From: an uncultured Candidatus Saccharibacteria bacterium | GTDB taxonomy: Bacteria; Patescibacteriota; Saccharimonadia; Saccharimonadales; JAGQNJ01 | Reading direction: 5' to 3' | DNA: 64,000 bases | Assembly: GCA_964426845.1 (NCBI GenBank) | Contig: CAYRSA010000003.1 | Location: 70,751-134,750 of the forward strand | Part shown: one piece after another, positions 19,369-28,295 of the stretch | How the letters are laid out: each line of letters opens with the position of its first letter | Position numbering within the stretch: the stretch's first letter is position 1 | Notes under the pieces: generated by a model | What the model was told of the DNA's origin: nothing | Databases searched by the model: none | What the model saw: the letters and a program-made list of their open reading frames with translations, nothing else | Translations under genes and position numbers: made by a program

Positions 19369-21695
19369 TCGCCCGAAAGCTAAAACGCCTAGTTCTGCTT
19401 GCTGCGGTGAGTTTATTATTTTTGACAGGTGTGGCTGGCTCGCTGCTGTTCCAGGCTAGCAAGGCTTTTGCCCAGGCGCCAGGCCTTAGGTTCCAGGTAC
19501 TGAAGAACGGTTCTTGTACTACTTCGGTAAATTCCGGAGACTTTGTAAATGTCAAAATATTTCGTGACGCCACCAGCGGTACTATAAGTAGCCTACAAGT
19601 TAAAGTTAATGGTGCCAATGTGACTACAAATCCCAGCTCAATTACCGGTTCGGCTAGCAACTTAGAAATTGCTGCGCCGACGCTGTCACAAAACCCCAGC
19701 ACTATAACCGTCACCGGTTGGAATAACAACCAAAGCCAATCTGTAACATTTACCGCCTATTGCCAAGCTTCTGGTGTCAATTATGGCACTAACGGCTGGG
19801 GAGTGACAGTTAACACCAATACCAGTGGCGGCAGTAGCGGAACCGTCAATACAACTGCCTGCACGCCAACAGCCTGGTTTCAGCAGGGTAATTCTAGCTC
19901 GGCCAGCAGAATGTCCTATCTAGACTTGTCCCAGTCGAGTGCGACAGTTGTGAATAGCGGAGCCGCCTATACAGCCCAATTAAACGGCTCTGGTTATAAT
20001 AAGACCGACCAATACTTCTATGGCTTTACGCCTAGTTCTGGTTACGGTACGCCCGGTACTTTGTACCAATTCGATAGTCAAGGTGGCTCTAGAAGTCTGG
20101 GAATAGTCCTGCCTTCAGCAACCTACGGTGATGGTTGGTTTGCCGGTGATGTTCGAGGAGCTGGCATTCCTGGCCAAGATAACTACCTGTACGTAGTTCA
20201 ATTAAACAGCAACAAGATCTACAAGATTAATCTGGGAACTGTAAGCGGCGCAGCCACCAACAGAATAGCTGCAACCGTTACTACTAGCAGAACTACCAGG
20301 CTTAACGATGTCGCCTTTAGTCCCCAGGACGGCAAGCTTTACGGATTTGATCAGAACCAAGGGGTTTTTGTAAGAGTTGACCCAAGTAGCGGCACAGTAA
20401 CTAATATTAGCCAGCCCTATACAGCCAATCCTCACGGTGTAGCCTGGTTCTACCAAACTAGCAGTGGCACCGCTTTTTACTCCTATGACAACACAGGACA
20501 AATATACAGGTTTCTAGGTATCGAAAACTACGGTCCTGGCAATCTTTTGCCAGTCCAGCCACCTTGGAAATCGGCTACCTCAACCCAACAAAACGATGGT
20601 TCAGTCTGTGCCACTACTGGAGACCCGTTCTGTACGGCTCCTGATGGCTCCACCTGGCCCATTGGCCACGCCAATTGTAATCCTCCACCACCGGACGTTT
20701 GCCCTAACATAGCCGGCAGCCAGACGGCTGTGCCAACTGGCTACGTCAAGAACTCCGCTGGAGACTGTGTCATACCAGCTACGCCTTATCTAAGAGCCTA
20801 CGGCAACGATTTGGCGGTGGGTAGTGCTTTTGGGGCTAGTTGTGACGTTCGTGATAATGATGCTACATTCCGAGCTCGCGCTAGGTCAGTAACTAGTAAT
20901 ACTTGGTCTGGGGCCTCCGGCCAATTTGCGCTCTTGGCTTTGGGCCAAATTGACGGCTTCTATAGCTCGAACCTGCGCAATCCGCCCACAGGTCCTCCTA
21001 ATCCGCGAGTCGGTTTAACTTTCGGTAACTTCAACGGCTCGGCCCAGGTTACTGACTACGGGGGCTCAGGTGCTCAAAGCCGCTGTTTACCAGATTTCAT
21101 GAACAAGGCTTTTGCTGGTCAGTTAGAGACGGGCAATCGTACAATCAACACCACATCAGTCCCCGAATGCACAACTGCTACAGCAGCAACCTGTAGACAG
21201 GCTAGATTCATCCGCGGCGACGTCTATATCAATGGCAATATCACCTTTGATAACGCGGGTGGCTGGTCATCACCGAATAAGATCCCTAGTTACTACTTGG
21301 TCGTGGAGGGAAATATCTACATAGCTCCGGGAGTTACTCAATTAGACGGCGTGTTCATAGCCCAACCTAAGTTCACCGGTGGGGTAATGGACGCCAACAC
21401 CGGACAGATCCGCACCTGCGCCAGCTCGACGGGTGGAAACTTCACAACCATAAGCGCCTGTAACAATACATTGACAGTTAATGGAGCATTTATTGCTCAC
21501 CGCGTACTTTTCCAGCGCACAAAAGGTGACTCTAACGCCGCCAGCGCCACTGAAGGAGTCAATGATACTGGCAATGTGGCTGAGGTATTCAAGTTTAGCC
21601 CCGAGACTTATCTGGCGACACCGCCAGCAAATTTCCAAACCGGTCAGTCTCTCAAGAAGTACGATTTCATCACCAGTCTGCCGCCAGTCCTGTAA
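19365..21695 (+). CDS. Large secreted putative tip adhesin, copy 2
   Basis: Translation identical to 11166-13496 (offset +8199). Confidence 0.5.
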   Translation: MIARKLKRLVLLAAVSLLFLTGVAGSLLFQASKAFAQAPGLRFQVLKNGSCTTSVNSGDFVNVKIFRDATSGTISSLQVKVNGANVTTNPSSITGSASNLEIAAPTLSQNPSTITVTGWNNNQSQSVTFTAYCQASGVNYGTNGWGVTVNTNTSGGSSGTVNTTACTPTAWFQQGNSSSASRMSYLDLSQSSATVVNSGAAYTAQLNGSGYNKTDQYFYGFTPSSGYGTPGTLYQFDSQGGSRSLGIVLPSATYGDGWFAGDVRGAGIPGQDNYLYVVQLNSNKIYKINLGTVSGAATNRIAATVTTSRTTRLNDVAFSPQDGKLYGFDQNQGVFVRVDPSSGTVTNISQPYTANPHGVAWFYQTSSGTAFYSYDNTGQIYRFLGIENYGPGNLLPVQPPWKSATSTQQNDGSVCATTGDPFCTAPDGSTWPIGHANCNPPPPDVCPNIAGSQTAVPTGYVKNSAGDCVIPATPYLRAYGNDLAVGSAFGASCDVRDNDATFRARARSVTSNTWSGASGQFALLALGQIDGFYSSNLRNPPTGPPNPRVGLTFGNFNGSAQVTDYGGSGAQSRCLPDFMNKAFAGQLETGNRTINTTSVPECTTATAATCRQARFIRGDVYINGNITFDNAGGWSSPNKIPSYYLVVEGNIYIAPGVTQLDGVFIAQPKFTGGVMDANTGQIRTCASSTGGNFTTISACNNTLTVNGAFIAHRVLFQRTKGDSNAASATEGVNDTGNVAEVFKFSPETYLATPPANFQTGQSLKKYDFITSLPPVL

Positions 21696-21812
21696 GTATT
21701 TTTCCACAACGGGGTAAACGGACCTTAAAAGAGCCTTGCAATTCAAAGTGTTTATGGTTACCATACAAGTATCAATCTATAAACGGGCATCGAATAAAGG
21801 GGTAAAATAACA

Positions 21813-22292
21813 ATGAAAAAACTACAAAAAGAGCAAAAAGGCTTCACAATCATCGAAGTTATGATCGTCTTGGTCATCGCTGCGGTGATCATCCTGATCG
21901 TTTTCTTGGCGGTTCCAGCCTTGCAACGTAACGCTCGAAACAACCAACGTAAGAGCGACGCCGCTCGTATTAGCGCAGCTGTTAGTGAGTATACCAACAA
22001 TACTAACGGTAGCCTGCCAACTACTTGGGGTAACATCAAGCCTTACCTAGGTAACATGGCTTTCTATACCACCCTGCCAGCAGACGGTGACGCAATTGGT
22101 AACGCGACAGCCAACCAAACAGTTGCTACCGCTGACACCGCTCCAGCTGTGGCCAAAAGGGCAACCTGCAACACTACGGCCGGCGACGTTAACATCGGTA
22201 AAGCCGTAACCAGTACTCAAGATAGACAATTTGTCGTTCTCTACAAAACTGAAGGTGGATCAACCGAACCTTCTCAGTGTATTGCTGGCTAA
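21813..22292 (+). CDS. pilA: Major type IV pilin, copy 2
   Basis: Translation identical to 13614-14093 (offset +8199). Confidence 0.8.
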   Translation: MKKLQKEQKGFTIIEVMIVLVIAAVIILIVFLAVPALQRNARNNQRKSDAARISAAVSEYTNNTNGSLPTTWGNIKPYLGNMAFYTTLPADGDAIGNATANQTVATADTAPAVAKRATCNTTAGDVNIGKAVTSTQDRQFVVLYKTEGGSTEPSQCIAG

Positions 22293-22311
22293 TAGCTAAC
22301 AACTAGTACTT

Positions 22312-22335
22312 AAACAGCCCTTCGGGGCTGTTTTT
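22312..22335. terminator. Bidirectional intrinsic terminator, copy 2
   Basis: Same hairpin as 14113-14136. Confidence 0.7.
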
Positions 22336-22343
22336 GATTGGCT

Positions 22344-23258
22344 TTATTCAGCTTTGCGGTGATATTGGTCGTGAACTTTTTTGAGGTGGGGGTCAGTGAC
22401 ATGAGTGTATATCTGGGTAGTAGCCACGTTGCTGTGGCCCAGCATGGCCTGGACGGACCGCAGATCGGCTCCATTCATAAGCAAGTCAGTGGCGAAAGAG
22501 TGGCGCAGGGTGTGCGGGGAGACGTGTTTGGTGATGCCGGCTAGCTTGGCGTAGCGGGCCACCATCCGCTGGATGCTGCGGGCAGTTAGGCGTTTATAGT
22601 TGCCGCTATTATCAGCAGTTGAGCGGCCACCATAGCTAATAAACAGGGGTGGCAGACTATCCTCACGTCGGTTTAAATAGCCCTGAACCCAATCAGCCGC
22701 GGTAGGGCTTATGAAAATCGGCCGGTCCTTCTGGCCCTTGCCTCGGACCATGAACTCCCGGCGTTGCATGTTTACATGGTCGCGGTTGAGATTGACCAGT
22801 TCCGAGACCCGCAAGCCACTGGAGAATAGCAATTCCAAGATGGCTCGGTCGCGCAGTCCGCTGATTTCTTGGATCTTGGGTTGGGCGAACAGGCGTTCTA
22901 GCTCTTCAGGGTTAAGGAAGGTTACTTGCTTTCGTCGAGTGCGGGCTAGTTCAATTTTGTCAGCTGACAGGGCAGGGATGCTCCGCCGAGCACAGAATTT
23001 CAGAAATGAACGGAGGGCAATTAGATGATAGTTTTGGGTAGTTTTGTCCAACTCATCAGAGGTGTTGGTGCCCAGGCGGTTCAGCCACAGGCGCCATTTT
23101 TGGATAAGTTCAGGAGTGATATCCGAAACGTTGATATCGCCGGCATAGTCTTCTAGACGGGTGAGGTAGTGGTCGTAGTTATGAATGGTTTTTCCGGAGC
23201 GGTTTTGCTCGATCTCTAAGTATTCTAGAAAATCGGTCTTGGCTTTGGAAAAACGCAT
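22344..23258 (-). CDS. Xer-type site-specific tyrosine recombinase, copy 2
   Basis: Identical protein from ATG 23258. The listed ORF start at 23327 is an upstream extension. Confidence 0.85.
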   Translation of the reverse strand: MRFSKAKTDFLEYLEIEQNRSGKTIHNYDHYLTRLEDYAGDINVSDITPELIQKWRLWLNRLGTNTSDELDKTTQNYHLIALRSFLKFCARRSIPALSADKIELARTRRKQVTFLNPEELERLFAQPKIQEISGLRDRAILELLFSSGLRVSELVNLNRDHVNMQRREFMVRGKGQKDRPIFISPTAADWVQGYLNRREDSLPPLFISYGGRSTADNSGNYKRLTARSIQRMVARYAKLAGITKHVSPHTLRHSFATDLLMNGADLRSVQAMLGHSNVATTQIYTHVTDPHLKKVHDQYHRKAE

Positions 23259-23360
23259 ACTCTTATTGTAATACACTAATGCTTCCAACTGGCATTCTAA
23301 TCTGTTATACTGCCCACAAGAATACAAAATGTATACAATAATCAGTAAAAGGAGACAGCC

Positions 23361-23873
23361 TTGGAACGAACTCTCATAATTTTAAAACCGGATGCCGTTA
23401 AGCGCGGTATAGTCGGCGAAATCATCAGCCGCTTTGAAAAAGCCGGCCTGAAAATTGTTGGAGCCAAGATGTTACAACCGGATTATGATCATTATCACAC
23501 GCATTACGAGGGTATCAGTAAGATGATTTCTCGCCGAGGGCAGGAGGCTTTCGATGTTACCCTGGAAATGATGCAAGAAGGGCCTGTTATTGCGTTTGTT
23601 CTAGAAGGTGTTAATGCCGCAAGTTTGGTGCGAAAGATGGTAGGTGACACCGAGCCCGAGAAGGCTCTGCCAGGTACGGTTCGTGGCGATTACGCCCACA
23701 TGGGCTTTGCTCACTCCAATAAAGAGAGGATTGGTGTGCCAAATCTGATTCACGCCTCCGGTGATGCTGACGAGGCCAAGGTGGAGATTGCTCATTGGTT
23801 TTCGGAAGCTGAGCTATTTGAATACGAAGCTGTTCACGAAGTTTACACTCAAGCCAGAAGTCGCAAGAAATAA
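23361..23873 (+). CDS. ndk: Nucleoside diphosphate kinase
   Basis: TTG start with AAAGGAG 7 nt upstream. MERTLIILKPDAVKRG and the active-site His motif NLIHASGD are present. 170 aa. Confidence 0.9.
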   Translation: MERTLIILKPDAVKRGIVGEIISRFEKAGLKIVGAKMLQPDYDHYHTHYEGISKMISRRGQEAFDVTLEMMQEGPVIAFVLEGVNAASLVRKMVGDTEPEKALPGTVRGDYAHMGFAHSNKERIGVPNLIHASGDADEAKVEIAHWFSEAELFEYEAVHEVYTQARSRKK

Positions 23874-23876
23874 AGC

Positions 23877-23961
23877 TGGTGCCCCGGGCAGGATAGACGC
23901 CCGTTACCTTCGGTAACGAACGAACCTGCGACTATTGCCTGCTAGCGCAGTCACGTCGCAG
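23877..23961 (-). other. Partial copy of the tRNA-Arg 3' end with a 27-nt hairpin insertion in the T-loop position
   Basis: 23877-23894 and 23922-23932 equal the tRNA-Arg 3' portion (T arm, acceptor 3' strand, CCA). The tc of the T-loop is replaced by agacgcccgttaccttcggtaacgaac (23895-23921). 23955-23961 is complementary to 23926-23932. No 5' tRNA half is present. Confidence 0.5.
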
Positions 23962-23987
23962 AACCGTATCTTACAAGATGACCAACG

Positions 23988-24010
23988 AAAAAACTGGCCT
24001 TTCGACCAGT
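23988..24010 (-). terminator. Intrinsic terminator after tRNA-Arg
   Basis: The minus strand reads ACUGGUC-GAAA-GGCCAGU followed by UUUUUU. Confidence 0.6.
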
Positions 24011-24018
24011 TCTTCCGT

Positions 24019-24095
24019 TGGTGCCCCGGGCAGGATTCGAACCTGCGACGCCCGCCTTAGGACGGCGGCGCTCTAATCCACTGAGCTACCGAGGC
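24019..24095 (-). tRNA. tRNA-Arg (anticodon CCU)
   Basis: Hand-folded cloverleaf, 77 nt. Acceptor GCCUCGG/CCGGGGC, D arm GCUC..GAGC, anticodon arm CCGCC-GUCCUAA-GGCGG, T arm GCAGG-UUCGAAU-CCUGC. CCA is encoded. Confidence 0.9.
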
Positions 24096-24146
24096 GCACC
24101 TCTCTGATGATACCTTAAAATCGCTCGAAAACGCAGTACATAAGGG

Positions 24147-24152
24147 TATAAT
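24147..24152 (+). promoter_or_regulatory. -10 box TATAAT 6 nt before ATG 24159 (leaderless-type)
   Basis: gggtataat-aagctt-ATG. Confidence 0.4.
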
Positions 24153-24158
24153 AAGCTT

Positions 24159-24767
24159 ATGGCAAAGCTGTCAAAAGAAAAACATTCGTCCAAGCATCAA
24201 GAAAAGCCTGAAAAGTTATTCGATGATCAGTTTGACGACGAGGAAGTGCTGTATGTTTTCCGCAAACACCCGGTGGTCATGCGCAAAGGCCTGGTTATTG
24301 CCAGTGTGGCTATATTACTGCCAGTCTTATTTATTGGGGCGCTGACATTCCTAAAGCCTGACAACCCGCCTTCAATACCAGCTTTCTTCAGCAGTTTAGG
24401 ATTTGGTATGGCCTTAGCTTTTATCGTGTTCTTCCCAAGCTGGATAGCTTGGTACTACAGTATTTTCATCGTCACCGACAAACGGCTCATCCAAATTGCT
24501 AGGAAGGGGCTCTTTCACAAGACAGTGGTAGATATGAATCTGAACCAGATCCAGTCTATGAATTACCAAGTCAGCGGAATTCAAGAAACACTGCTTAAGT
24601 TTGGTACAATAATGATACAAACCTACATGGGTGATTTAGTGATTCATGAAGTTCACCACCCGGAAAAGGTCCAAAAAACCATCGCCAACATCCTGCGCGA
24701 TCAAGGGATTAGCACAGCAGCTCTGAGCCCCGAACAGATGGAGCAGATGGCCAATTCAGGAGAATAA
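24159..24767 (+). CDS. Membrane protein with bacterial PH-like domain (YdbS/YdbT-like)
   Basis: 202 aa with two TM helices and then a beta-rich region. The resemblance to DUF304-type proteins is judged by eye only. Confidence 0.45.
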   Translation: MAKLSKEKHSSKHQEKPEKLFDDQFDDEEVLYVFRKHPVVMRKGLVIASVAILLPVLFIGALTFLKPDNPPSIPAFFSSLGFGMALAFIVFFPSWIAWYYSIFIVTDKRLIQIARKGLFHKTVVDMNLNQIQSMNYQVSGIQETLLKFGTIMIQTYMGDLVIHEVHHPEKVQKTIANILRDQGISTAALSPEQMEQMANSGE

Positions 24768-25876
24768 TGAAAAGAGTTTTCAGAAAAGCTAAAAAAACTG
24801 CCGCTGGTGTTAAAGCCAAGGGCGAAGAGTATGTTGAAGCTAAGCGGGTGGAAAATGAACCACCTAAAAAGGTTCCTAACATCACCAATACAGCCATACC
24901 AGAGCACCGCGAAGAGGTGCTATCGTCGGCTCGGAAGTTTATCTATCCTCTGCAGCACTCCAAGCACAAGATTGTTCTAATATCGATCAGCTTAGTCGTT
25001 ATAGCTCTGATTGCCTTCTTCTCTTACGCCACAATTTCCTTGTATCGACTGGGTTCAAGTACTAACTTTATGTACAAAGTCACCCAAATCGTACCATTCC
25101 CGATTGCCCGGGTTGGCCGGGACTTTGTAGCCTATGAAAACTACCTATTTGAACTTCGTCGCTATAAGCATTACTACGAAACCCAGCAAAAACTTGATTT
25201 TGACAGTGAATCTGGCCAACAGCAACTAGAGGAATTCGAACGCCGAGCTCTTGACCGCGTGGTGACCTTGGCCTACGTTAAAAAGCTTGCCAAAGAGAAG
25301 GGGATTACAGTCAGCGACCAAGAGGTTGAAGAGCAAATAACCCTGTTAAAAGACCAAAACCGCCTGGGTAATGGCGACCAGGTTTTCGAAGATGTTCTTC
25401 AGGACTACTTTGGTTGGTCCAGGGCCGACTTCAAACGATATCTGAGTCAAGAGATCCTGATTCAAAAGGTAGTGGCCGCCATGGACACTGAAACGGTGGA
25501 TCGGGCCAATGCCGCTTACGCCGAGTTGCAAGCTGGTGCATCCTTCGAAGACGTGGCTAATAAGTATACTGACGACCAGTCGGGTAAGGGTACGGGCGGT
25601 GCTTACGGCTTTGATATTACTAAGACTAGTCGCGACGTTACCCCTCAGGCTACCAATACACTGTTTAGCCTTCAGCCAGGGCAGTATTCAGCTGTGGTTA
25701 ACACCGGTTACAGCCTAGAAATCTTCAAGCTCATCGAGAAGAAGGGCGAGACCGTTAAGGGTGCTCATATCTTGTTTAACTTCAAAGATCCTAGTAGTTT
25801 TACCAATGACATGAAGGAAAAACAACCTTCACGTGTCTATATTCCGACCACACCGGCTCCAGCGCCAGCTCCATAG
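24767..25876 (+). CDS. Membrane-anchored parvulin-type peptidyl-prolyl isomerase (PrsA/SurA-like)
   Basis: 369 aa with an N-terminal TM anchor, a helical chaperone-like region and a parvulin-like segment (FEDVANKYTDDQSGKGTGGAYGF). Confidence 0.6.
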   Translation: MKRVFRKAKKTAAGVKAKGEEYVEAKRVENEPPKKVPNITNTAIPEHREEVLSSARKFIYPLQHSKHKIVLISISLVVIALIAFFSYATISLYRLGSSTNFMYKVTQIVPFPIARVGRDFVAYENYLFELRRYKHYYETQQKLDFDSESGQQQLEEFERRALDRVVTLAYVKKLAKEKGITVSDQEVEEQITLLKDQNRLGNGDQVFEDVLQDYFGWSRADFKRYLSQEILIQKVVAAMDTETVDRANAAYAELQAGASFEDVANKYTDDQSGKGTGGAYGFDITKTSRDVTPQATNTLFSLQPGQYSAVVNTGYSLEIFKLIEKKGETVKGAHILFNFKDPSSFTNDMKEKQPSRVYIPTTPAPAPAP

Positions 25877-25991
25877 CTTTACTTTACAGAGGCGAAGTGG
25901 TACTATTCGTGCAACAGGTTTTTTACTAGTCACTGTGTGCGATGTAGAAGGGTCGACCTGGAAAGATAAGATAAGAAAAGGTAAGTAAACA

Positions 25992-26261
25992 ATGGCTAGT
26001 AAACTATATGTCGGCGGACTTCCTTATAGCATGGGTGATGACGAACTTTCTGACGCTTTCAAAGAGCACGGAACAGTAGTCTCAGCAACTGTTATTAAGG
26101 ATCGCGATACTGGACAATCCAAAGGTTTTGGATTTGTCGAGATGAGCTCCGACGAAGAAGCACAAGCAGCGATCAAGGCTCTTGATAATCAAGAACTAAG
26201 TGGTCGTCGCATCCGTGTCAACGAAGCGCGCCCTAAAGAAGAGCGCCCACGAAACTACTAA
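25992..26261 (+). CDS. RRM-type RNA-binding protein
   Basis: RNP-2 motif LYVGGL and RNP-1 motif KGFGFVEM. 89 aa. Confidence 0.85.
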   Translation: MASKLYVGGLPYSMGDDELSDAFKEHGTVVSATVIKDRDTGQSKGFGFVEMSSDEEAQAAIKALDNQELSGRRIRVNEARPKEERPRNY

Positions 26262-26276
26262 GAGTACTTCCGTGAA

Positions 26277-26306
26277 CAAAAAGCCCCAGGTTTTCCTGGG
26301 GCTTTT
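26277..26306 (+). terminator. Intrinsic terminator
   Basis: aaaaagccccagg-tttt-cctggggcttttt. Confidence 0.75.
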
Positions 26307-26329
26307 TATATGAGCTATACTATAAGCAT

Positions 26330-27067
26330 ATGCGGAGTAAGTTAAAGGGACTGGTTGCGGCCTTGTTGTGCCTAGTGGTGTTTATGCCAGTGGTGCAAGC
26401 CCAGTCATCGCAATCGCCCAATTATCAGATTGATGAGAGCTTTATAGGACCAGGCGGAACCTTGGAGAGTGGTTCGACAAACTTCCAAACTGCGCCGGGC
26501 GGACAATCGATTGGCAACACCGGTGGAGCAGGCGATAGTGGCTCTACCAACTACCAGGCTCAGTCCGGGGCCACTACTACCAGCGATCCATCGCTGGCTT
26601 GTATCACCAATACTTCGTCTGTTAACTTCGGAGCCTTATCTACCTCTGTAGCTGCCACGGCTACAGCTACTTTCAGTGTACTGAATTACACCTCTTTTGG
26701 CTATGTTGTCCAGACGATTGGCACGGCACCCTCTAACGGTAGCCATACTTTGAATAGTCTGTCATCGAATGCTGGCTCTGTTCCGGGAACCGAGCAATTC
26801 GGCATCAATTTAGTAGACAATACAACGCCGAACATAGGTGCAGATCCTCAACAGGTGCCCAACCCCACTTTTTCCTACGGGGAAGCGGGGGCTAACTATG
26901 ATACAGCCGATAGCTTCCGGTACGTTCAGGGCGAAACCATTGCCCTGGCGCCTAAAACCTCTGGCCAGACCGATTACACCATCTCCTATATAACCAACAT
27001 ATCCAACACCACACCAGGTGGATCGTACACTGGTTCTCAGGTATTAGTTTGCACCGGTACTTATTAG
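26330..27067 (+). CDS. Secreted Thr/Ser/Gly-rich protein, paralog family member 1 (C-terminal module only)
   Basis: Signal peptide ending VQAQ. Three S-x-N-[YF]-Q repeats. The ~150-aa C-terminal module is shared with the next two genes (EQFGINL..YDTAD..GSYTGSQVLVCTGTY). A TATACT box at 26316-26321 lies 8 nt before the ATG. Confidence 0.65.
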   Translation: MRSKLKGLVAALLCLVVFMPVVQAQSSQSPNYQIDESFIGPGGTLESGSTNFQTAPGGQSIGNTGGAGDSGSTNYQAQSGATTTSDPSLACITNTSSVNFGALSTSVAATATATFSVLNYTSFGYVVQTIGTAPSNGSHTLNSLSSNAGSVPGTEQFGINLVDNTTPNIGADPQQVPNPTFSYGEAGANYDTADSFRYVQGETIALAPKTSGQTDYTISYITNISNTTPGGSYTGSQVLVCTGTY

Positions 27068-27148
27068 GGGAAATTGTGGTTGATATATTGTTCTTATGCT
27101 ATACTAAAACGGAATATTACACTTTAATAAGGTAATCAAAAAGTAAAA

Positions 27149-28279
27149 ATGAGAACAACCAAGCAGAGAGGCCTCCGTTTAAGATCTGTATACGCGCTGT
27201 TACAGTCAGCGGTATTTACACTTGTGATCCTAGCAAGTGCTATTTGGATGTTTATTCCTCAAAACGCTAACGCAGCGGCACTTACTCCACGCAAACTGAC
27301 TCTGTCTAACTCGGCTTCGAACGCTAGGAACGTGCATACTTTTAACTTCACGACAGCCTCAACCGCCAACATTGGTTCGATTAGCTTCGAGTATTGCACC
27401 ACGGCCTCTGGAGCTTGTTCGGCACCATCTGGTTTTGACAGTGAAGAGGGGACTCTAGCCATAGGTACGCAAGTTGGAGCTACTGGTTTCACGGTTCATG
27501 CCAACACTACCACCAATAACATCCTTATTACCCGATCGGCCACCAGCTTACCAGCCTCAACGGCTGTGACTATTCCGTTTGGTACGGGCGCAGGAACATC
27601 GAACGGACCGGAGAACCCAACCGCTAACAACACCACGTTCTTTACCCGCATAACTACCTATACAAGCACTGACGGAACTACAGGCGCCACTGACACCGGT
27701 GTTACTGCTGCCTCAACTGCCCAAGCCATTTCACTTACCGGTGTTGTAGCTGAAACTTTGACCTTCTGCACAGGAACTTCGATAACTGGTACCAATTGCG
27801 GCTCAGTAGCTGGCTCTACTATTGATTTCGGAAGCTTTTCATCAAGTACTGCTAGCACAGGAACATCTGTTATGGCGGCATCGACCAACGGCGACAGTGG
27901 TTATGGAATAACTGTCAACGGGGCGACCTTGACCTCGGGTGGGGACACGATTACAGCCCTGACGTCTCCAACCGCTTCTTCGGCAGGAAGCGAACAGTTT
28001 GGTCTTAACTTGATGGACAATACCACTCCCAACGTGGGCGCAGATGTCAACCCGACGCCAAACGGTACGACTTTGAGAGGCCAGCCATCAACTGATTACG
28101 ATACTGCCGATGTCTTTAAATTTGTCACTGGCAACCAAGTTGCGGCCAGCGATAACGGCGGGGCGGGGAGTACCAACGCTCAGACATTTACAGTTAGTTA
28201 TCTTGTTAACATCGGTGGTGCTACGGAGGCTGGAACCTATACGGCCACAATGACTTATATATGCACAGCAACCTTCTAA
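27149..28279 (+). CDS. Secreted Thr/Ser/Gly-rich protein, paralog family member 2
   Basis: 376 aa with a signal peptide ending NANA. Its N-terminal module (LTPRKLTLSNSA.., FEYCTTASGAC) and C-terminal module (LTFCTGTS..C.., EQFGLNL, ..TYICTATF) are both shared with 28296-29360. TGcTATACT lies at 27097-27105. Confidence 0.65.
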   Translation: MRTTKQRGLRLRSVYALLQSAVFTLVILASAIWMFIPQNANAAALTPRKLTLSNSASNARNVHTFNFTTASTANIGSISFEYCTTASGACSAPSGFDSEEGTLAIGTQVGATGFTVHANTTTNNILITRSATSLPASTAVTIPFGTGAGTSNGPENPTANNTTFFTRITTYTSTDGTTGATDTGVTAASTAQAISLTGVVAETLTFCTGTSITGTNCGSVAGSTIDFGSFSSSTASTGTSVMAASTNGDSGYGITVNGATLTSGGDTITALTSPTASSAGSEQFGLNLMDNTTPNVGADVNPTPNGTTLRGQPSTDYDTADVFKFVTGNQVAASDNGGAGSTNAQTFTVSYLVNIGGATEAGTYTATMTYICTATF

Positions 28280-28295
28280 TTGAAATGGCATCAAG

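Larger units (their letters stand above)
15183..23381. repeat. Tandem duplication unit, copy 2 (8,199 bp)
   Basis: See copy 1. The right end runs 21 nt into the intact ndk. Confidence 0.9.

Noticed and set aside
6984-23381. Interpreting each 8.2-kb unit as an integrase-bearing mobile island.
   Set aside because: The unit boundaries fall inside the pilD and ndk coding sequences, and the joint is a simple ndk-5'/pilD-3' fusion. There are no att-like flanking repeats beyond the duplication itself. The recombinase looks like a chromosomal Xer-type enzyme. A segmental tandem duplication explains everything seen.
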